In this document: piece after piece, positions 55,950 to 64,000 of the stretch
Position numbering within the stretch: position 1 is the stretch's first letter
How the letters are laid out: every line of letters begins with the position of its first letter
NCBI RefSeq assembly: GCF_009914755.1
Contig: NC_060930.1
Direction: 5' to 3' (one strand)
From: the human T2T-CHM13v2.0 reference genome, Homo sapiens
DNA: 64,000 bases
Program-made: the position numbers and the translations under genes
Notes under the pieces: model-generated
Database searches by the model: none
Seen by the model: only the letters and a program-made list of their open reading frames with translations
Told to the model about the DNA's origin: nothing

Positions 55950-55980
<31 letters not shown>

Positions 55981-57429
55981 TAAACAAACAAACACCATAT
56001 GAGATGTCAAAAAGGGACAATCCTAATAAAGACTGAGACTATCTAGAAGAACTGAAAACCAAGATATAGATGTCCATGTCAAAAGCCTGTGAAGTGAGAA
56101 CATTTATTCCATGATGACTGAAAACCGAACGTAAAACATTTATCAGTGAATATATATATATATATATTTTTTCCCAAAAGGAGAAAATAGCAACAAAAAC
56201 CCCTTGAGTTTTCTCATATAAGCTTTTAATATTTTGTTAGTTTCTACCTACAATCTTTTCAAGGAAATGGCAGATGAAATGATCTCGTCTCTCCTCTGGG
56301 TGGGTGTGAGGTGGGTGTGGTGACTTAGACTCAGAAGCACTGGGGGCCCTGGAGCCAGGGCTGGGTGTGGAGCAGGAGCTCAGAGGAACCGGATTCTGTG
56401 GCTGCAGAAGCCAGGATGGGTTGGAAGCACCTCATTTGGAGAGAAGGTAGAACCAGAACTGGATTCTAGGCCATATGTCAGCAGGAGTCAGGGCAAGAAG
56501 CAAAATGGAGCAAGGAGGTGTCAGGAAGTGACACCTGGAAAAGTCTCCAAGGCCACTGCCACAGCTTATGAGGCATCAGAATGAGCCCCGTGGGGCAAGA
56601 GCAAGATTGTGAGGTTGTGCAGCTGGTCCACGCCCTCCCTCCCCAACCCTATGCTCAAAGTGATGCTTTTCTTGGGGTCTCCTGCTGGAAAGCCTTTACT
56701 CCCTGGCTGAATGTGGGTCAGGAGTAATCCCCACAAGCATGCCTTCAAACCATCTCTTCCCAGGGTGTAAACACTCCTGTTTCTCTACAGGTTGCTGGGT
56801 GCAGGGTGCAGAGAGGGTTGGCAGGGGTCTCACAGAGCACAGGGCAGTTGAGGTCTGAGTAACTTCACAGGCAAGATGGTGACTGGAATCAGATGGTTAT
56901 GAATCTTGGACAGCTACCTGATCACTCCTTCCACATCTCCCTCCTCATTAACCTCCTTCAAATAGCTGGTCCAGGGAGTCTAATGAATTCCATGACAACT
57001 GATAAAAAAGAAAATGGCATCTTTCTGGTACAGAAAGAGTGTGAAAAAAATGTTAAAAAGGAGCAGCCAAAATGACCATAAGATAAATAATATTCACCAG
57101 AGAAGTACTCTGTGAAGCAGAACAAATATGAAGGAAGTACAAAGAGTTTAATGAAGCATGCTGTCTCTGCAGGAAGCCCACGAGGCAGAAATGCAAGGAC
57201 TGAGGCTTTGAAGGATGCAAGACAATGGGAACATCGCCGGGGATATGGAAGCAGTCAGAGGTACCTTAGTGGGCTTTAATGTACTCTTACTGGTGCAATA
57301 CAGAGAAAGTGGATGGAAAGAAGGTCAGGGTATAGAAGACCCAAGGGGCATGATTATTAAGGCAGATATGAGTGTCACGTATTAAACTCTGTGACCTGTC
57401 AATACAGTGTCTGTTCCCTGACCATCCAA

Positions 57430-58143
57430 CAGTGCAGTTCTTGGAACTCTTGTCCATCTATATCTGCCTGTCTGGTCATCTCATCCAGTTTCACGGCTCC
57501 AAACAGTCCATGTGCTCACACCTCTGGCTGAAATTCTCCCCTGAACGTTTGCTTCTTATATTCATCTGCCCACTCCAAAATTCCACGTGGATGTATGACA
57601 GGCATCATAAGCTAAACATGTCACAAACTGAACTCCTGACACCCCATGTCTGCCAACCAGCTGCTCCTCTTAAAGTCATCACCATATGGTAAGTGGGGAT
57701 TCCACTCTATTGAATAGCTTGGGTCACACCTCACATCCCATCCATAGTCAATTCAGCTCAACCCGCAAAGACTCCGGAATCTAACCATTTCTCATCACCT
57801 CCTCTGCTGCTCCCTAATCCAAACTGCCACCACTGCTGAATTCTCTGGCCTCTCCACCTCTGTCCCAGGCCCCTCACGTTCCATTCTCTTGCAGAGTGAT
57901 CCCACGTCACTCTACTGCTCAAACCTGTAAGTGCCTTCCCCTGTGTGAATAAAATCCAAAGTTTTACAATGACTCGCAGCTGTCTTTGTTACCTCTCCTA
58001 CAGCATGGCTCTTGCTGCTCTCCCTCTCACCTCCTCTGTTCTGGGATCATGCCAGGAATGATGTCTCCTGCCTCAGGGCCTTGGCACATGCTCCAGTTGC
58101 CCACATGGCACACTCCTTCACTGCCTTCAGATCTTTCCTCAAA
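57430..58143 (+). mobile_element. L2
   Basis: ccacgtggatgtatgacaggcatcataagctaaacatgtc...aataaaatccaaag...cctcagggccttggcacatgct. Confidence 0.8.
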
Positions 58144-58249
58144 TATGGGAACTGTTCTTTAATGAAGACAATATTAGGACATGCCGACTTTTAAGAGCCG
58201 TAGACAATGAAGGTTCAAAGCAAAGACTGACTTAGGAGACATCATAACA

Positions 58250-58770
58250 ATGATAACTGTTTGCATTAGTGCCCCATACTACAAGTATATTTACGTTATG
58301 AAAACAACACTGTGAATGGATATTATCATCCATATTTTTCAATGGGGTGCGAAAGCTCAAATAAGCTGCCTCTTCCAAGGTCACACAGCCAGTAACTTCT
58401 AGAACCAGGAAGTGCAGGCTTCACTTCAGTTTTGTGACCCCAGAACAAGTATTCTTGCTTTTCTATATTGAAATTTATTATATAATGATAATAATAATAG
58501 TAATAATGGAAACGATAATAAAAATAATAATAGCAGTGATAGCAGCTAGTGCTTCTTGCAAACTCCATACAAAGCACCGTTTTAAGCCTCTTACATGCAT
58601 TCATTAATTTTATCCTTGCAGACTCTTAGGAGGAAAGCACTATTATTTTCTGCAGTTTGCAGAGGAGGAGACAGAGTCAGTACCAGGGTAGATAACCTGT
58701 CCAAGGTCAACCAATGGTAAAGGCAGAACCAGGATTTACAGCCAGATGCTGGGTTCTTAACCACCACCCG
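58250..58770 (-). mobile_element. Two tandem MIR copies separated by an (AAT)-rich tract
   Basis: ccaaggtcacacagccagtaa and gcagaggaggagacagag...ccaaggtca cores. Confidence 0.7.
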
Positions 58771-59164
58771 AAATCCCTGCTTTGTCTTCTAACATTTTCT
58801 CTCTGCTTTTGCTAGACATGCTAGATAGTGTACAGTTGGACAGGAGTGAATTCTCCAGTTGGGTAATTAGAGATCAACTGTACCCACCAAAGATGTCTTG
58901 AAAGCATATGTAGTTGAAGAAATACCATCTTTAAATGGAGGTTAAGTGTGAAAAATTGCAACATAATCAATAACTGTCAGAGGTTGTAAGCCAGTTCAGG
59001 AGAGGCTTGTGGCCCCTGAAATATACCATTGATCACCTTTTCTAAGGTAGATGTTTTGTCTCTAATGGAGATATACGGTACTGCAGATTAACTTTTCACT
59101 CCAGCAGCCCTTGCATTTCTCCAGAGAAGAGCTTGGCAGGGAGAGGAGCAAGAGCTTGCCTTAC

Positions 59165-59289
59165 CTGGGGTGATTGTAGGCAATCTGCTTGAACTCATTG
59201 TTCCAGTTGGGCCTCCCATAGAAGGTCTTCTGCTTTAAGCCTGTAATCACGTCAGTATTTTCGTCCCAGTGTAAAGCTATGTGAAGAGC
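59165..59289 (-). CDS. NOX3: NOX3 coding exon (probably exon 12), 125 nt
   Basis: atttactttag|GCT...CCCAG|gtaagg. Translates as [41 protein letters not shown]+ag ([16 protein letters not shown] motif of NOX1-3). In frame with both neighbouring exons. Confidence 0.97.
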
Positions 59290-59953
59290 CTAAAGTAAAT
59301 TTGTGGCATTAGATGACATTTAGAAAAAAAAAATAAGACTTCTATAAATAAAGAATAAAGTAATCATGTTCATTTGTAGATTTAATTAAAAATGTGTACA
59401 GGGCTGGCAATGCTTATCACTATTTGCAGATGTCTCCAATGCTGCACTTTAGGGCAAGCATCATATCTCATTTATGTCTGAATCAGGCCTTGTTGGAACC
59501 AAGTGCCTCTTTATACCTAGTAGATGTGCAATAACATTAACCTAGAAAGAATATTTTCCTTTAAAAGGATGAAAGTAATATAGTAAATGTGGTTAAGAGA
59601 AAGCAAGCACTAAACGACTTCCTTCTTTTCCTGCCAAACTTTTCAACAATTAATGTCTACCTGCTATCCCCTTTCACTTAACATTGGCTCCTGGGGAGTT
59701 GAGAAGGGCATTGCCAGATTAAAGTGGTATGAAATGTCTGGGAAGAAACTGCATCTTACAATGAGACCTGCCTAGTGGGTTTAAACGGTGTGATGTATAC
59801 TGTCCAGTTTCAAGTGCTGGGAGGATGTGGAGCCTGGCAGGCGGAAAATGGTGGCCAGAGCCTGGCAGGCGGCTTGGCTGGAGATCTGTGCCTAATCATT
59901 TGCCTTGGAATTAAGCAACTCCATCCAGGCGTCATGTAGCTAGTGGTCAATAA

Positions 59954-60320
<367 letters not shown>

Positions 60321-60669
60321 ATGATCATGTTTTAAGTTGCTGTCATTTATTTTAGCCCCTTCTGCATTCTGGTAGCTACCTTGCTTCTCACTTCTGGGGA
60401 TCTGTGTTCCCAGTGCTCATCCCTTAGACCCCTATGTGGTGCTCTATTCATTCTCACCCTCTGACTCATCCTGACCCTGACCAGTTTGGCTAACAACCTT
60501 GCTGGGTGCAACTCATGCCCCAGGTTCCCACTGTAAGCCTGACTTTCCTGGCTGACCTTCTCTCCAGTCTAAAAAAGTAGTTGAATCTAGGGAGGTTCAG
60601 CTGAAAATAGTGGAAGTGTCCCAACAGGTCAGGAGACAATGGTAGGTTAGATCTCAGAAATCCAGGCCA

Positions 60670-61144
60670 ATTATATAAAAAAGACTCATATGTTCATCAC
60701 AGCAGTACTCACAATAGCAAAATCATGGAACTAACCTGAGTGTCCATCAACAGTTGACTGGACAAAGAAAACGTGTTATATACATACTGTGGAATACTAT
60801 GCAGCCATAAAAAGAATGAAATCATGTTCTTTGCAGCAACATGGGTGGAGCTGGAGGCCATTATCCTAAGTGAACTAACTCAGAAACAAAAAACGAAATA
60901 CTCTATATTCTCACTTACAAGCAGCAGCTCAACAATGGGCACACATGGACATAAAGATGGGAATAACAGGCACTGGGGGCTCCAAAAGGGGGGGAGGGTG
61001 AGAAGGGAGTGAGGGTTGACAAAGAACCTACTGGGTATGATATCCACTGTTTGGGTAATGGGTAACCCCACCAGTATGCGCTATACCCATGTAACAAATG
61101 GGCACACGCACCCTCTGAATCTAAAAAATAAAGAAAATATAAAA
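60670..61144 (+). mobile_element. L1PB4-like 3' end with TSD
   Basis: ORF2 C-terminus (FAATWVELEAIILSELTQ). TSD agaaatccagg at 60656-60666 and 61144-61154. Confidence 0.9.
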
Positions 61145-62331
61145 AGAAATCCAGGTCGTAGGAAGTTGTGAGCAGGCAAGTCTGACACCAGGTGGCAGAG
61201 CTACTGCTGGAAAAGAGTTGGGGTATAGGACTCCGAGCAAAAAGAAGGTGGGGAACAGTGGCAGAGGGTGTTAAGTGACACGCCAGGTGTGGGGAGAGAA
61301 CGAGCAAAGCCATGGACGTGTGACTGTGCACAGTGTGATGGGTGAACACGCATCCTTTGGTGGCTCTGGTGCCAGAGGAAACCGATGGGGGTGGGACACA
61401 GCTAGTGAGTGGGAGTCAGGCTGGGAAGGGTCTTAAGGTCCTTGCTGAGAAGTTCGGGCACCATTTCACACACAAAAAGGGCCTTCCCTACTTACACTTG
61501 TGGTACCGCCAATCACTGATGTTCAAACATTTGGAATGATATTTGTCCCATATTTCTCAGCCCAATGTTCAATTAGTCTCCAAACTCTGTTGATTTACCC
61601 TTCACAATACCTCTTCCATCTGTCCCTTCTGTTCTTGTCATTTTGCCACTTTGAGGTTGTTGAATTCAGTTTAACAATTGGGTATTTCTAAAACAGCCTC
61701 TTGATTCTTTCCCGACAGAATGCACCAATTATTTTTCCTTTAAATGTGGAAATTAGTGATTTTTCTGCCTGAAATTTAGGAGTCGAAATAATTTTCAACA
61801 TGTCATGGCAAAAATGTAAGACATCTATTTTAATCTACTTGTGTTTAGAAAAAAAATATATGTTTTATAGCATATTCTTGGAAGTAGTAGAGACGGGAGG
61901 GGGCAGGATTGTGTTGTCGCCAAATCAACTTCAGTTCTCAGTTATGAGAACCTCAGTCCCACAGCTCCCAGTTGGCAAGGAATACCTAGGTGCACACTGG
62001 GATCAATGCACCTTAGAGTAGAAGAGCAGGCACAGTACTTGAGAGCAGAAGACAGAAGCTGTCTCTACTTCACCAAACTGTTCATCAGTCAAAAATCCCA
62101 CTTGAATAAGGAAAGTGTTTGTTTGGAAAACATAATTAACACTATATAATTCATTAAGATGTTTCAAGCCTAGTTCCCAAGAAAGCTACATTTCAAATTA
62201 TCCCAAAGGATTAAATATTTAAGAAGGACTGCAAATAAGACCATAAAAATTCATTAAGCTACTGAATTTCTAGCAGAGTCTTATTCATTTGCAGAAGCAG
62301 AGTCAAATTACAGTGATGTTCTATAAGGCCA

Positions 62332-62380
62332 GTGTGTGTGTGTGTGTGTGTGTGTGTGCACGCATGTGTGTGTATGTGTG
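62332..62380. repeat. (TG)n microsatellite
   Basis: Direct reading. Confidence 0.95.
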
Positions 62381-63250
62381 ATGTACATACACAGAGCATT
62401 CATTTGTAAATGTAGTGATTAATGTCAATCTCCCAGGCTCAAATACACTTTCCTTAAAAGTATATATCAATAATAGCTGCTGATTAGAATATATATTGTG
62501 TAACCTAGTAATCACTTCGTTGTTAATTCCCCTGTTTGAGGAGTTAAAATGGATTACAATGTAGTAGTTATCATTCAATAGTATCAACATTGAAATACTA
62601 CCATAGTCAATATTTTGGTATACATTATTTTTGGTAAATTCAATCTTAATATTTCATTAATACAATATACTGCAGAACACCTGCCAAAACAAAAGATCAT
62701 CTTCATCTTAGGTAAATAAACATACGTGCACACAATTTCTAAGAACACCTTAAGAGAACAAACTCTGGACAAATCATGTATTCATAATAATTATTTTCTA
62801 TAGATGCTCACATACTTCACAATACAAAATGTTGAATGTAAACACCTAGGAATCTTTTTTGCTTAGCTCTGAACAGCTCAAGGCACAGAAACAGAACCAG
62901 TCAGGAACTCAACAAGATGATACAGCCAATCAGTAATATTCATTTGATGTCACTTTTAAAGGGACAAATGCAAATTTGTTTGGGATTTCCAGCCTCTGGA
63001 TTGTCTTCCATTGTCTGACCCTTTCTATTCCTCAGCAAGTTAACTGTAGCTTCTTTTTTTGGTTCTTTGATTGTTACAACTTGAATCACTCTTGCTAATC
63101 TGGTTTTATTTTATTCTCCTTTCCCTTTTAAGAACATAAAAATAATTCTGTCATGCTATCAGAGTGCTACATAGCTCATTATTGAAATTGTTCCTCATTG
63201 CTATTAGATGAGTTCAGCAATATTGCTTATTCTCAGAGTCTTATCAGTAC

Positions 63251-63397
63251 CTGATTTTCATCCCAGCCGGTAAGAAATATATGATAACTCAGAAAGTGAG
63301 TTTTCCCCTGCTCACTCATCCGTGTTTCCAGGGAGAGTAAGAGATCAGCAAACCACTCAAAAGCTCTTGCATCCCGGCAAATCCAGTAGAAATACAC
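63251..63397 (-). CDS. NOX3: NOX3 coding exon (probably exon 11), 147 nt, NADPH-binding domain
   Basis: Minus strand ttctctcttgacag|GTG...CAG|gtactg. Translates without stops as [49 protein letters not shown], matching the NOX-family YFYW..R...FEWF and TGWD motifs. Phase 0/0. Confidence 0.97.
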
Positions 63398-64000
63398 CTG
63401 TCAAGAGAGAAGGCAAGTGAACGGATCTATTCTCTTTTCATATGTGCTGATAATCACAGACTACTTTATCTCCATTAAATTATTTGAGCCCAAATGGGCA
63501 CTTCTGCAAAATAACATGCTTTTTTTTTGTGTGTGTCAGTGAACAAACAGTCACACTGTGATTTCTTTTGAAAAAATTCACAATGTGTTTGAAAAAGCCC
63601 AGAGTGAATTCAGAGAGTCAGGAGCCTGTGGGCCGTGCCAGTTTCTCTGGATGAGGATCAACTCACCACATTTCTGGCTGTGCTGCTTCTGAACAAGATT
63701 AATAATCATAACTAGCTGTGCCTTTCACTGCTCCCAAAGGGGGATAAACCGTTAGACCAACCCCTTCATCTTTACTTATGACCTAAGCTCTGGATTTGAA
63801 CTTTCTTCTCCAGAGACCCCAAAGGCTTGGACACTAATCCACTTCACTAGCTACGGCCTCTGGAGAGTGGAGATTATGGTAATTTCAGAATCAAGTCACA
63901 CAGGCCAGAAATTTCCTCTCAGTGAAACATATCGGTGTCCAAGAAAGCTGGTGGGTGGCGGCTGTGCCTGTGTGTCAACTGCTATAATGAAATTATGACT

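Noticed and set aside
63331-63411. Apparent plus-strand exon (tttccag|...|gcaagt)
   Set aside because: It overlaps the antisense strand of a NOX3 coding exon, which fully explains the sequence.

Overview
Primate genomic DNA, most likely human, about half interspersed repeats; nothing here is prokaryotic. The only protein-coding gene I can support is the 3' end of NOX3 (NADPH oxidase 3) on the minus strand, which the ORF track misses. It has three coding exons (63397-63251, 59289-59165, 49005-48852) that splice in frame via GT-AG into the dehydrogenase C-terminus ending ...HFYYNKESF*, and a non-coding last exon (47617 to about 47410). From memory this places the window at 6q25.3, covering the NOX3 3' end and about 47 kb downstream. 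Bases 1-14.3 kb are a nest of L1 elements, followed by a solo LTR12C, Alus, MIR/L2, DNA-transposon fossils and two long CR1/L3 fossils. The most interesting structure is the NOX3 3' end. The last exon and its polyA signal appear to derive from an antisense CR1/L3 reverse-transcriptase fossil. The last coding exon has a CAG-CAG-CAG acceptor. That exon is also bracketed by a 162-bp, 97.5%-identical direct duplication that copies its splice donor upstream, creating a candidate 81-nt alternative or poison exon and a substrate for exon-deleting recombination. These are testable hypotheses; I cannot claim a demonstrated new system. Repeat subfamily names and exon numbers come from recalled consensus and gene knowledge, not from a search.
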